Below, piece by piece: positions 45,908 through 55,670 of a stretch of DNA of 64,000 bases. The stretch comes from an uncultured Clostridia bacterium. Lineage in GTDB: Bacteria; Bacillota; Clostridia; Christensenellales; CAG-138. Within the stretch, counting starts at the first letter, position 1, and each line of letters opens with the position of its first letter. The translations under genes and the position numbers were made by a program. The notes under the pieces are model-generated. The model made no database searches, was not told the origin of the DNA, and saw only the letters and a list, made by a program, of their open reading frames with translations. The stretch spans positions 158,305 to 222,304 of the forward strand of contig CAKTYU010000001.1 in the NCBI GenBank assembly GCA_934633985.1. The letters are read 5' to 3'.

Positions 45908-47206
45908 TTAAGAGTACAGGTGCTTCAGCGCCTTTTTTACGTCGTGGTATATGCGCTCCTTGTCCATAGTAAGAAATTCGCCGTTTTCATACAGTATCCT
46001 GCCGTCCACCATGGTCATGCAAACGTCGCTGCCTTGGGCGCTGTAACAAAGCATCGCAATGGGGTCGAAGGAGGGGAGAAGGTGGGGCTTATCGAAATCC
46101 AGCGCAATGACGTCCGCCCTGTTGCCTGCCTTTATGCCGCCGCAGTCCGCCCTGCCCTGAATTTTCGCCCCGTTGAGGGTAGCCATTTTGAGGGTATCCC
46201 CGGGCTTCATTATGGTCGGGTCCTGCTCGTAGCCGTTGTGTATCACCGAGCAGAGGTGCAGCTCCTCCAGCATATTCAGGTTGTTATTGCTGGCTGCGCC
46301 GTCGGTGCCGAGGCCGACGTTGAGCCCCTCGTCCAGCAAATGCTGCACCCGGGCAAAGCCGCTTCCGAGCTTAAGGTTGCTGGTAGGGCAGTGTACGGGA
46401 GACACGCCATATTCCTTCATAAGCGCGATATCCTCGTCTGTTACCCATACGCAGTGGGCGGCGAGGGTGGGGCTTTCAAACGTGCCCAGATCATAGAACC
46501 ATTGGGCGGGGGTCCTGCCGTATTTTTCAATGCAGGAGTCGTGCTCGGCCTTTGTCTCGGACAGGTGTATGTGCATTATGGCGCCCAGCTCGCTGCACAT
46601 TTCGCTGTGGCGGCGGGCGATGCTCTCAAGGCAGGTGTATTCCGCGTGTACGGAAAGGTCTATCTTAAGCCTGCCGTCCGCCGCGCCGTTGTAGCTGTCG
46701 TATAGGGCGAGGGCCTCTTTTACCCGGTAGCTGTCCTTATATGCCTCGTTGGGGTCGAAGGCGGAGAGGGCGCGGCTTATATTGGCCTTTATGCCGGACT
46801 CTATCACGCAGTCCGCCGTGGCGTCGCAAAAGTAGTACATATCCGAAAAGCTGACGGTACCTGTGGCGAGCATTTCAAGTATGGCAAGCTCGGTGCCCGC
46901 CTTTACGTCCTCCGTCCTTAGCTTGTCCTCGGTGGGGAACATATTGTCGTAAAGCCACTCCTTAAGAGGCAGGTCGCTGCCTATGCCGCGAAGCAGCGTC
47001 ATGGCGGCGTGGTTGTGGGAGTTTATCAAGCCGGGGCAAAGCACCTTGCCGGTCATGTCCTTGACGATGTCGTATTTTTCCGCGGGCATATCCGTGCCGA
47101 GATAGCGGATATAAGCGCCGTCAACGCCGCAAAAGCCATTCCTTATCACCTCAAAGCCGGAATCGGCAGAGGCCACTATATCGCAGTTTTTAAAAAGCGT
47201 CTTCAT
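45908..47206 (-). CDS. mtaD: amidohydrolase, 5'-methylthioadenosine/S-adenosylhomocysteine deaminase-like
   Basis: LINSHNHAAMTLLRG metal motif, HLSET, GTDGAASNN. ATG at 47206 (MKTLFKNCDIV) preferred over the tracker start. Confidence 0.8.
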   Translation of the reverse strand: MKTLFKNCDIVASADSGFEVIRNGFCGVDGAYIRYLGTDMPAEKYDIVKDMTGKVLCPGLINSHNHAAMTLLRGIGSDLPLKEWLYDNMFPTEDKLRTEDVKAGTELAILEMLATGTVSFSDMYYFCDATADCVIESGIKANISRALSAFDPNEAYKDSYRVKEALALYDSYNGAADGRLKIDLSVHAEYTCLESIARRHSEMCSELGAIMHIHLSETKAEHDSCIEKYGRTPAQWFYDLGTFESPTLAAHCVWVTDEDIALMKEYGVSPVHCPTSNLKLGSGFARVQHLLDEGLNVGLGTDGAASNNNLNMLEELHLCSVIHNGYEQDPTIMKPGDTLKMATLNGAKIQGRADCGGIKAGNRADVIALDFDKPHLLPSFDPIAMLCYSAQGSDVCMTMVDGRILYENGEFLTMDKERIYHDVKKALKHLYS

Positions 47207-47290
47207 TGTGTAATCGCACTCCTTGAAAGGTGATATATATATTATAGCAGATGACCGCCGCATTGGCGGTCATAGATAGGATATACTGTC

Positions 47291-47318
47291 AAAAAAAGTG
47301 GCGTTGAGCCACTTTTTT
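47291..47318. terminator. bidirectional terminator downstream of the FMN-binding gene
   Basis: AAAAAAA-GTGGC-gttga-GCCAC-TTTTTT. Confidence 0.75.
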
Positions 47319-47348
47319 ACGGTTTCGTGTATCGCTTCGGAATAATAG

Positions 47349-47879
47349 CTATTTATCAAGGCCCGCTATGTAATCGAGCACGGTATTGACGCCGTTTACA
47401 ACAGCGCCGGAGCTTACGGAGGCGCCGCTTACGGAATCAACGTTGCCCTTGAGGGTGAGAGGGGCGGATAGGCCCTTGAACTGCTCGGTGAATGCGGGCT
47501 CCTTGGTCTTTGCGCCAAGGCCTGCGGTCTCGGAGAAGTTTGCGCCGCCAACGTTGATGCCGGTGATAACGCCGTCGTTGTCAACGCCGACGACTATTTC
47601 TATCTCTCCGCCGTAACCCTTTACGGTGACCTGGGCGGTATAGCCTTTAGTTTCCCCGTTTGCAAGTCCCTTATAGCAATAGTCGATGCTGTCGTTATTT
47701 ACCGCCAGCTCTTCAAAATCCGTAGCATCGGGGAGGACGGCGCGGCGCGCTTCATCGGCGGCGGCGAGAGCCTGCTCCTTGATTACGGGCGCGGTGACTT
47801 CATTGGTAAGGCCAAGCGCACAGCCGGCAATGAGGGCGATAAGTCCGAGAACTATCCAGGCGGGCCACTTTTTATCCAT
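47349..47879 (-). CDS. extracytoplasmic FMN-binding-domain (FMN_bind) lipoprotein, a flavinylation substrate
   Basis: Signal/lipobox LIALIAGC. Flavinylation motif DSVSGAS matches D[AGS]x[ST]GA[ST]. Confidence 0.75.
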   Translation of the reverse strand: MDKKWPAWIVLGLIALIAGCALGLTNEVTAPVIKEQALAAADEARRAVLPDATDFEELAVNNDSIDYCYKGLANGETKGYTAQVTVKGYGGEIEIVVGVDNDGVITGINVGGANFSETAGLGAKTKEPAFTEQFKGLSAPLTLKGNVDSVSGASVSSGAVVNGVNTVLDYIAGLDK

Positions 47880-48086
47880 GATCAGAAAACCTCCTCAAAT
47901 GAAAAACAGAATTATGTATGTTTTGCAAAAATCAGCGTTTTTATTATAGCACAGCTAATACCGAGATTCCAGCAGAAATGATAGATATTTATTTCACGCA
48001 GTTTAGCGTTATGTAAACAAAAGACTGAGACTGTCAGTGCAAAAATCGTCATGTCAAATAAGAATGAATGATGTTATAATCAAGGA

Positions 48087-49076
48087 ATGAAGAAATTTGC
48101 GAAAAAAATGTGTGGCTTCCTGGCGATCGCCTGTGTTCTCGGTATTTGCGGCTGCGATACTGCTCCGGCAAGCAACTCTGCGCTGGGATTTTATCTGGAT
48201 ACAGTTATAACGATAACCGGATATGCGGACAAGGCGACCCTTGAGAATGCGGTGGCCCTGTGCGGCGAATACGAGAAGGTATTCAGCAGGACTGTCAAGG
48301 GCAGCGACGTGTGGCGCATAAATCACGGGGAGGGCCGTCCCGTCCAGGTATGCGGCGACACGGCGGAGCTGCTGACCATAGCCCTTGAGGTATGCGAAAA
48401 AAGCGGCGGTGCGCTGGATATAACCATAGCCCCTGCAAGCGATCTGTGGGACTTTAAGTCAGAGCAGCCGAAAATACCGGACAGGGACCAGCTGGAGCGT
48501 GCGGCGAAGCTTGTGGACTATACTAAGCTTAAGCTCGAAGGCGATGTGGTTACGATGCCGGCCGGCATGGCCATAGACCTTGGGGCGGTAGCCAAGGGCT
48601 ACATAGCGGACAAGGCGGCGGAGTATTTAAAGGAACAGGGCGTTACGAGAGCCATACTTAACCTTGGGGGCAATGTCGTAGCTTTAGGCAGCAAGCCTGA
48701 CGGAAGGGAATGGTCAATAGGCATACAGGATCCGGAAAAGGAAAACGGCAAGTCCGGGTATAGCGTGATGGTTGCAGACAAAAGCGTGGTCACCAGCGGC
48801 ATATATCAGCGGGGCTTTGACAAAGATGGCGTAAGGTATCATCATATACTCGACCGCGCCACAGGCTGGCCTGTGCAGAATGGCCTTGCCTCTGTCACCA
48901 TAATAGCCGATAGCTCTGCGATGGCAGATGCCATGTCCACCGCCTGCTTCGTGCTGGGCAGGGACATGGGAATGAGCTTTGCAGAGGAGATGGGCGTTCA
49001 GGCGGTATTCATAGGTACGGACGGAAAAGTAAGCTGCACACCTGCGCTTGAGGGAAAGCTGGAAAAGACGGAATAA
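48087..49076 (+). CDS. apbE: FAD:protein FMN transferase (ApbE family) lipoprotein
   Basis: Signal peptide with a Cys-containing C-region (LGICGC). VVTSGIYQRGF...YHHILDRATGWP ApbE core. Confidence 0.85.
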   Translation: MKKFAKKMCGFLAIACVLGICGCDTAPASNSALGFYLDTVITITGYADKATLENAVALCGEYEKVFSRTVKGSDVWRINHGEGRPVQVCGDTAELLTIALEVCEKSGGALDITIAPASDLWDFKSEQPKIPDRDQLERAAKLVDYTKLKLEGDVVTMPAGMAIDLGAVAKGYIADKAAEYLKEQGVTRAILNLGGNVVALGSKPDGREWSIGIQDPEKENGKSGYSVMVADKSVVTSGIYQRGFDKDGVRYHHILDRATGWPVQNGLASVTIIADSSAMADAMSTACFVLGRDMGMSFAEEMGVQAVFIGTDGKVSCTPALEGKLEKTE

Positions 49077-49088
49077 GGGATAAAGCTT

Positions 49089-50462
49089 ATGTTTGATAGA
49101 AATACAGAAATGGATATGACAGAAGGCCCTCTTTTCAAAAAGCTGGTAGCCTATGCGATACCCATAATGCTTACGGGCATATTGCAGCTTCTGTTCAACG
49201 CAGCGGATCTTATAGTGGTGGGCCGATTTGCCGGGCGTACAGCTCTTGCGGCGGTTGGCTCTACCACCTCGCTCACCAATCTGCTGGTAAATGTATTTAT
49301 GATGATCTCCATAGGCGTAAGCGTGGCGGTGGCGCAGCATTACGGAGCGCATGAGCCTGATGAGGTGGAGCGGACGGTATCCACCGCCATGCTCATGAGC
49401 GTGCTGCTGGGCGCGGCCGTGTGCCTGATAGGCATGGCGGCCTGTAAGCCCATGCTGAAAGCCATGGGCTCGCCGGATGACGTAATAGATCAGTCGGTGC
49501 TGTATATGCGAATATATTTTACCGGAATGCCGGCGTTTATGGTATATAACTTCGGCGCTTCTGCGCTGCGCGCCGTGGGGGATACCAGGCGGCCCATGCA
49601 GTTTTTGACCATAGCGGGCATAATAAACGTGATACTCAATGTTATCACGGTGGTGAATTTCAAGTTGGGTGTGGCGGGCGTCGCCATAGCCACGTCCGTT
49701 TCGCAGTATGTATCCGCCATATTCGTTGTGATTAGCCTCGTCAAAACAGAAAGCTGCCTGCATCTCGACGTCAGGCACATGCGTATACACAGGGATAAAA
49801 TGCTGGCGATACTTAAAGTCGGCCTGCCGGCGGGGCTGCAAAGCTTAGTATTTTCCATCTCCAACGTGGTGATACAGTCCTCAGTGAACTCCTTCGGCTC
49901 CGCCGTAATGGCGGGCAGCGCGGCCTCCAATAACGTCGAGGGCTTTATCTATACCTCCATGAACGCTGTGGTGCAGTCCGCAATGGCCTTTACGGGGCAG
50001 AACATAGGAGCCCGCAAATTCCAGCGCATAGGCGACATAGCTAAAAAAAGCATACTGCTTCAGGTAATCATAGCGGGCTCCATGGCCGTAATAGGCTGCG
50101 CCTTCAGCGAGCAGCTCATAAGCATATACGCCAAGGGGGATGTGGAGTCCATAGCGTGGGGCATATCCCGGCTCAGGATAATAAGCGGCACGTATTTTAT
50201 AATGGGCATATCGGATGTGGCCGTGGGGTCGATGCGGGGCATGGGCAATTCCACCGTGCCCATGGCTATAAGCATATTCGGTATATGCGTGCTTAGGATA
50301 GTTTGGATATATACAGTATTTTCCGCATACAGAACCTTTGAGATGCTGGTGATCAGCTACCCAATATCATGGATAGTAACGCTGATAGCCCAGTATATAT
50401 GCTACGGCATAGTAAAGCGGAGGACCGTCGCGGCGATAAGCTCGGGGGCGAGGACGATATAG
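49089..50462 (+). CDS. MATE-family efflux transporter
   Basis: 457 aa, 12 TM, GPLFKKLVAYAIPIMLTGILQ...N-terminal MatE pattern. Confidence 0.85.
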   Translation: MFDRNTEMDMTEGPLFKKLVAYAIPIMLTGILQLLFNAADLIVVGRFAGRTALAAVGSTTSLTNLLVNVFMMISIGVSVAVAQHYGAHEPDEVERTVSTAMLMSVLLGAAVCLIGMAACKPMLKAMGSPDDVIDQSVLYMRIYFTGMPAFMVYNFGASALRAVGDTRRPMQFLTIAGIINVILNVITVVNFKLGVAGVAIATSVSQYVSAIFVVISLVKTESCLHLDVRHMRIHRDKMLAILKVGLPAGLQSLVFSISNVVIQSSVNSFGSAVMAGSAASNNVEGFIYTSMNAVVQSAMAFTGQNIGARKFQRIGDIAKKSILLQVIIAGSMAVIGCAFSEQLISIYAKGDVESIAWGISRLRIISGTYFIMGISDVAVGSMRGMGNSTVPMAISIFGICVLRIVWIYTVFSAYRTFEMLVISYPISWIVTLIAQYICYGIVKRRTVAAISSGARTI

Positions 50463-50479
50463 AGGTTTTTTTGACAGCC

Positions 50480-50510
50480 AAAAGGGGCGGCGCTTTGCGC
50501 CGCCCCTTTT
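50480..50510. terminator. bidirectional terminator between the MATE and protease genes
   Basis: AAAA-GGGGCGGCGC-ttt-GCGCCGCCCC-TTTT (perfect 10 bp). Confidence 0.85.
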
Positions 50511-50558
50511 GCCAGATGGTTGGGGGTATGTCACAGACGGTGTGTGGGGGAACCCGCC

Positions 50559-51866
50559 TTATGACCTTTCGCCGAGTACGACTGTGAGATCCTTTGTCTC
50601 GTTGCCCCTCAGCACTGTTATTGTTACCGTATCGCCAACTTTATATTCATAAAGCATTGCGGCGAACTGGGAGGAGCCGGTAATCTCTTTGCCGTTGAGG
50701 GACATCAGTATATCGTTTACCAGCAGGCCGCCCTTTTCAGCCGCGCTGCCGGACTCGACGCTCATTACCTGTACACGGGTCACGTAGTTGTCCATGTAGA
50801 AGGAGAAGGGGTTGCTGCGGTTATTGTTGTTGCTGCCGTAGCGCAGGGAAACATCCTGCATGCTGATGCCGATGTAGGGACGGCCGGTAACATAGCCCAG
50901 GTCTACAAGGTCGGTGATGACGGGCCGCGCGGAGTCTACGGGGATGGCGAAGCCGAGCCCCTCCACCTCGACGCTGGCGCTCTTGGCGTTGACTATGCCT
51001 ATGAGCTCGCCGGAGTCGTTGAACAGGCCGCCGCCGGAATTGCCGGGGTTGATGGAGGCGTCGGTCTGCATGAGCGTCATGCTTATGCCGTCTATGGTGA
51101 TGGTTCTATCAAGGCCGCTTATGATGCCCTTTGAGACCGAGCTTGTGAGCACGCCCAAAGGATTGCCTATGGCGTATACCGTGTCGCCCACGGTGGCCTT
51201 GCCGGAGCTGCCGAGCGTTGCGGCGGGCAGGCTTGAGGCCTCGATCTTTACCACCGCCAAGTCGGAGAAGGTATCCGTGCCGATGAGCTTAGCGTCATAT
51301 TTGGTGCCGTCCTGCAGGTAGACGTGGATGGTATCCGCGCCCTGTACAACGTGGTTGTTGGTAACGATGTAGCCGTCGTCTGTGATTATGACGCCGGAGC
51401 CGGAGCCGGTGTCCTGCTCCTGCGTTTCGCCCGTGGCATAGGATATGGTGGTGTTGCCCACGTATATGCCCACGACGCTGGCCATGCAGTTCTGTACCAC
51501 GCCTGTGGAGCCCGCGCTGTTTTGGCTGCCGGCTGCTATGCTGATCTTTTCGGAGGGGCGCTCGCCGCTCTCGGGCTTGCTCTCGCCCTCTGCGGCAGCC
51601 TGGGTGTCGCCCTTATCGGAGCTGTCCTGATTTGGCTCCTCGACTATTATATTTGAGGGATCGGAGGCAGGAGCCTGCTCCTTGTTGAGCCGCCCGCCGA
51701 AATATGCGCCTGCGGTGCCGAATACGAGCGCTACCACGAGCAGGCATACCACGAACTGAACGGGGGTCACGCCCTTCTTTTTCTTTTTATCGGGAGTGTA
51801 GTAGCCGTCGGAGGAATAGTTTTCCTGCCCGCCCTTTCCGTCGTTGCTGTACCAGTTGTTTTCCAT
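50559..51866 (-). CDS. HtrA/DegP-family S1C serine protease with a PDZ domain
   Basis: N-terminal TM, TNNHVV (His), D, GNSGGGL (Ser) triad; C-terminal PDZ. Confidence 0.85.
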   Translation of the reverse strand: MENNWYSNDGKGGQENYSSDGYYTPDKKKKKGVTPVQFVVCLLVVALVFGTAGAYFGGRLNKEQAPASDPSNIIVEEPNQDSSDKGDTQAAAEGESKPESGERPSEKISIAAGSQNSAGSTGVVQNCMASVVGIYVGNTTISYATGETQEQDTGSGSGVIITDDGYIVTNNHVVQGADTIHVYLQDGTKYDAKLIGTDTFSDLAVVKIEASSLPAATLGSSGKATVGDTVYAIGNPLGVLTSSVSKGIISGLDRTITIDGISMTLMQTDASINPGNSGGGLFNDSGELIGIVNAKSASVEVEGLGFAIPVDSARPVITDLVDLGYVTGRPYIGISMQDVSLRYGSNNNNRSNPFSFYMDNYVTRVQVMSVESGSAAEKGGLLVNDILMSLNGKEITGSSQFAAMLYEYKVGDTVTITVLRGNETKDLTVVLGERS

Positions 51867-52020
51867 ATATCAAAAGCTCCTTTCGTATTTTCTAAAATGC
51901 ATTGTAATATTTGAATTTGAAGGCATAGCATCAGCATTATGCCAAATTTGTGGTAAATCGTGAACAAATAATGGCACGCATTTTATTACTGGCGATTTCC
52001 ACCAAACCACATGGCAACTA

Positions 52021-52029
52021 TGGTATAAT
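52021..52029 (+). promoter_or_regulatory. extended -10 promoter element (TGgTATAAT) 6 nt upstream of the recD2 ATG
   Basis: TATAAT at 52024-52029, ATG at 52036, no SD in between. Confidence 0.45.
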
Positions 52030-52035
52030 TGCCTT

Positions 52036-54243
52036 ATGCAGATAAAAGGTACCGTTAAAAACATAATATTCAGAAGCGATGATACGGGCTTTACCGTGCT
52101 GGAGCTGATCGATGATGACGGCGGCGAGATAACGGCGGTGGGCCCCTTGGCTGCCGCTGCCGTAGGTGAGGGCATAGAGGTGACGGGGGAATGGAGCGAG
52201 CATCGCTCTTACGGTATGCAGTTTAAGGCTACCGGCTGCGTTACCCTCGCGCCGGCGACGCTGGGCGCGCTTACGGCATACCTGAGCTGCGGCATCATAA
52301 AGGGGATAGGCCCGGAGACAGCCAAGAATATCGTAGCCACCTTCGGCATGGATACCATATCGGTGCTGGAGGAGCAGCCGGAAAGGCTCACGGAGGTATA
52401 CGGCATAGGCAGGGTAAGGGCGGCGGCCATCGCCGCCTCCTACATGGCGCAGAAGGATATGCGGGATGTGATGATAGGCCTTCAGGAGTACGGCATAACC
52501 GTAAACCAGGCCATGAAGCTGTATAAGATATACGGCCCCCATTGCCTTGAGCGGCTTAAGGAAAACCCATACCGGCTCATAGACGACGTGGAGGGCATAG
52601 GCTTTAAGACCGCGGACAAGATAGCCCTAAACGGCGGCTTCGAGCCGGATTCGCCCTTCAGGATAAGGGCTGGGCTGCGCTATACACTGCAATGGGCCTG
52701 CCGCGAGGGGCATACCTACCTGCCGCGGGAAAAGCTTATTCAGGTGGCGGCGGATATATTGGGCTCTGATATTGCCCCTGCCGAGAGGGAGCTGGACGAG
52801 CTGATAATAAACGAAAGCGTAGTATATAAGGCGGTAAACGATACCGACGCCTGCTTTCTTCCGTATTTATACAGGATGGAGTCGGAATGCGCGGCAAGGC
52901 TCGGCCTGCTTGCCGCGCCGAAGGATAGGGCGCTGCCGTATTTCAATATAGACAGCCAGACGGAAAAGCTGGAGACGAAGTATAAGCTGTCCCTCGCCCC
53001 GGAGCAGAAGCGGGCGGTGCGCCTTGCGCTCACCAGCGGCGCGCTGGTAATAACCGGCGGCCCCGGCACAGGCAAGACCACAATATTACAGTTCGTCATA
53101 GCCATGCTGGAAAAGCTGGGGGAGAGCTTTGAGCTGTGCGCCCCGACGGGAAGGGCGGCAAAGCGCATGACCGAGGCCGCCGGCTGCGAGGCGCGCACCA
53201 TACATCGGCTGCTGGAATACGGCTACGGCGAGAGCGGCTTTACGCGGAATCAGGATAACCCCATAGATACGGACGTGATAATCGTCGATGAGATGAGCAT
53301 GGTGGACGTGCAGCTTTTATGGGCGCTGCTCAGGGCTGCGCGGGCGGGCACGCGGCTCATTATGATAGGCGATGCGGATCAGCTTCCCTCGGTGGGTGCG
53401 GGAAACGTGCTTAGGGACATAATAGCCTCCGAGGCTGTTCCGGTGGTGCGCCTTACGGAGATATACCGGCAGGGCGGCCGCAGCGCCATAGTCACTAACG
53501 CCCACAGGATAAACAACGGAAAGCCGCCCATACTTCACGGCGAGGAGGAATTCGGCTTTGAACAGATAGACTCGGCGGAGGATATACTGCGGCGGCTTAT
53601 GGCGCTTTGCTCCGGCAGGGTGAGCAGGCTGGGCGCGGCGGACCCGCTTAAGGATATACAGGTGCTGTCGCCCATGAAAAAGGGCGCTTTAGGCGTGCGG
53701 AATATAAACCTCCGCCTGCAGGAGGCGCTCAACCCGCCCGCCCATAAGAAGCATGAGCGCAAGTACGGCGAGACGGTTTTCCGGGAGGGAGACAAGGTCA
53801 TGCAGGTGAAGAACGACTACCGCATGGGCTGGAAGAGGGCGCGGCGGGGCAGGCCGGACGAGCTGGGCGAGGGGGTATATAATGGCGACCTCGGCACCAT
53901 AATGAGCATAGACCTGTACGAGCAGACGGTGGACGTGCTCTTTGACGACGAGCGCGAGGCGCTGTACGAGTTCAGCCAGCTTGAGGAGCTGGAGCTTGCG
54001 TACTGCATATCCATACACAAGAGCCAGGGCAGCGAGTTCCCGGTGGTGATACTGCCACTTGCGGGCGGCCCGCCCATGCTAATGACGAGGAACCTGCTCT
54101 ATACGGCGGTAACGAGGGCGCGGAAGGCTGTATATATAATAGGCCATGAGGAGTGCCCCGCGCAGATGGTGGCGAACAATCAGGTAAGGCGGCGTTACAG
54201 CGCCCTCGCGGCGTTTATGCGGGCGGACAGGGGGCTGCAATGA
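52036..54243 (+). CDS. recD2: RecD2-type ATP-dependent 5'-3' DNA helicase
   Basis: 735 aa. N-terminal OB/HhH region, Walker A GGPGTGKTT, DEMSMVD, SF1B motifs, C-terminal SIHKSQGSEF. Confidence 0.9.
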   Translation: MQIKGTVKNIIFRSDDTGFTVLELIDDDGGEITAVGPLAAAAVGEGIEVTGEWSEHRSYGMQFKATGCVTLAPATLGALTAYLSCGIIKGIGPETAKNIVATFGMDTISVLEEQPERLTEVYGIGRVRAAAIAASYMAQKDMRDVMIGLQEYGITVNQAMKLYKIYGPHCLERLKENPYRLIDDVEGIGFKTADKIALNGGFEPDSPFRIRAGLRYTLQWACREGHTYLPREKLIQVAADILGSDIAPAERELDELIINESVVYKAVNDTDACFLPYLYRMESECAARLGLLAAPKDRALPYFNIDSQTEKLETKYKLSLAPEQKRAVRLALTSGALVITGGPGTGKTTILQFVIAMLEKLGESFELCAPTGRAAKRMTEAAGCEARTIHRLLEYGYGESGFTRNQDNPIDTDVIIVDEMSMVDVQLLWALLRAARAGTRLIMIGDADQLPSVGAGNVLRDIIASEAVPVVRLTEIYRQGGRSAIVTNAHRINNGKPPILHGEEEFGFEQIDSAEDILRRLMALCSGRVSRLGAADPLKDIQVLSPMKKGALGVRNINLRLQEALNPPAHKKHERKYGETVFREGDKVMQVKNDYRMGWKRARRGRPDELGEGVYNGDLGTIMSIDLYEQTVDVLFDDEREALYEFSQLEELELAYCISIHKSQGSEFPVVILPLAGGPPMLMTRNLLYTAVTRARKAVYIIGHEECPAQMVANNQVRRRYSALAAFMRADRGLQ

Positions 54244-54899
54244 AGAAGCTGCTGGATGCTTTTCTGGACGCGCTTTACCCGGAGGGCGCAGCCTGCCTGC
54301 TATGCGGCAGGAACGCGAGGCTGGACAGGCGCGGCCTGTGCGAGGGGTGCAGGGCGAGCATAGAGCCGGCGGCGGAGATACATATAGGCGGCCTTATATC
54401 CGGCGCCGTGGCGGCCATGGCGTATAACGATGCCGCGGCGCAGCTCATACATGGCTTCAAGTACGGCAATAAAAGATACATCGGCCGCGGCCTTGCGGGA
54501 GGGATAGACCTTCCGGAAAATTGGAGGATAGACGCCGTGGTGCCGGTGCCGCTTCACCCCGAAAGGGAAAGGGAGCGCGGCTACAACCAGAGCATGATAC
54601 TCGCCGGTGAGCTGGGCAGGCGGTATGGCATACCTGTGCGGCAGGGGCTGCTGAAGCGCATAAGATACACCGAAATGCAGTCCATGACCGCCGGAAGGGA
54701 CAGGCGCGAAAACGTGCGTGGCGCCTTCAGCGCGAGGGAGTGCAGGGGCAGAAATATATTGCTGGTGGACGACGTAATAACCACCGGCAGCACGGCGGAG
54801 GAATGTGCCATCGCGCTGAAAAGCGCCGGCGTGGGCAGGATATACTGCGCGGCTGCGGCGTATGCGGGCCGCGGCGAAGGAGAAGGAAATGAGCAATAG
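54240..54899 (+). CDS. comFC: ComF-family protein (ComFC; zinc finger plus PRTase-like domain)
   Basis: ATGA overlap with recD2. CLLCG...CEGC finger; LLVDDVITTGST PRPP loop. Confidence 0.8.
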   Translation: MKKLLDAFLDALYPEGAACLLCGRNARLDRRGLCEGCRASIEPAAEIHIGGLISGAVAAMAYNDAAAQLIHGFKYGNKRYIGRGLAGGIDLPENWRIDAVVPVPLHPERERERGYNQSMILAGELGRRYGIPVRQGLLKRIRYTEMQSMTAGRDRRENVRGAFSARECRGRNILLVDDVITTGSTAEECAIALKSAGVGRIYCAAAAYAGRGEGEGNEQ

Positions 54900-55605
54900 G
54901 TTTTGCAGGACTGAAATAATGCTGGGGGCGGATGCCATGGAAAGGCTCAAAAATGCCTCCGTGGCCATATTCGGCGTAGGCGGCGTAGGCGGCTTTGCGG
55001 CGGAGGGCATAGTGCGAAGCGGAGTGGGCAGCATAACGCTGGTGGACGACGATGTGGTAGCAGAAAGCAATATCAACCGGCAGTTGATCGCCCTTACCTC
55101 CACCATAGGAAGGCCCAAGGTCAGCCTTATGGCGGAGCGGGCGCGGGATATAAACCCCGACGCAGCTATTGACGAGAGGATAATGCGGTATGACGAGGCC
55201 ACGGCGGACAGCTTTGATTTTACAAAATACGACTACATAGTAGACGCCATCGACTCCGTTACGTCAAAGCTGATACTCATAGAGCGGGCAAGGGCCGCGG
55301 GGACGCCCGTAATATCCTGCATGGGCGCCGGGAACAAGCTGGACCCGACGGCGTTTCAGGTGGCGGATATCAGCGAGACCTCGGTTTGCCCCCTGGCCCG
55401 GGTGATGCGGCGGGAGCTTAAAAAGCGCGGCATAGTGCGCGGTGTGAAGGTGGTATACTCCAGGGAGCCCGCTATATTCCCTGAGGACGGGGGAGAGGAG
55501 ATACTTCCGGGGAAGCACCGCACCACAGGCAGCATAGCCTTCGTGCCCTCGGTGGCGGGCATGATAATCGCCGGGACGGTGGTAAGGGATATCGCGGGGG
55601 TATAA
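54889..55605 (+). CDS. tcdA: tRNA threonylcarbamoyladenosine dehydratase (ThiF-family, TcdA/CsdL-like)
   Basis: VAIFGVGGVGG, VDDDVVAESNINRQ. ATG at 54889 overlaps the comFC end. Confidence 0.75.
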   Translation: MSNRFCRTEIMLGADAMERLKNASVAIFGVGGVGGFAAEGIVRSGVGSITLVDDDVVAESNINRQLIALTSTIGRPKVSLMAERARDINPDAAIDERIMRYDEATADSFDFTKYDYIVDAIDSVTSKLILIERARAAGTPVISCMGAGNKLDPTAFQVADISETSVCPLARVMRRELKKRGIVRGVKVVYSREPAIFPEDGGEEILPGKHRTTGSIAFVPSVAGMIIAGTVVRDIAGV

Positions 55606-55670
55606 TAGGGCGCAAGGCCGCCCATACTTGACCGATAAGGCTATATAAATTAAACAGGGGTTAAAACTAT

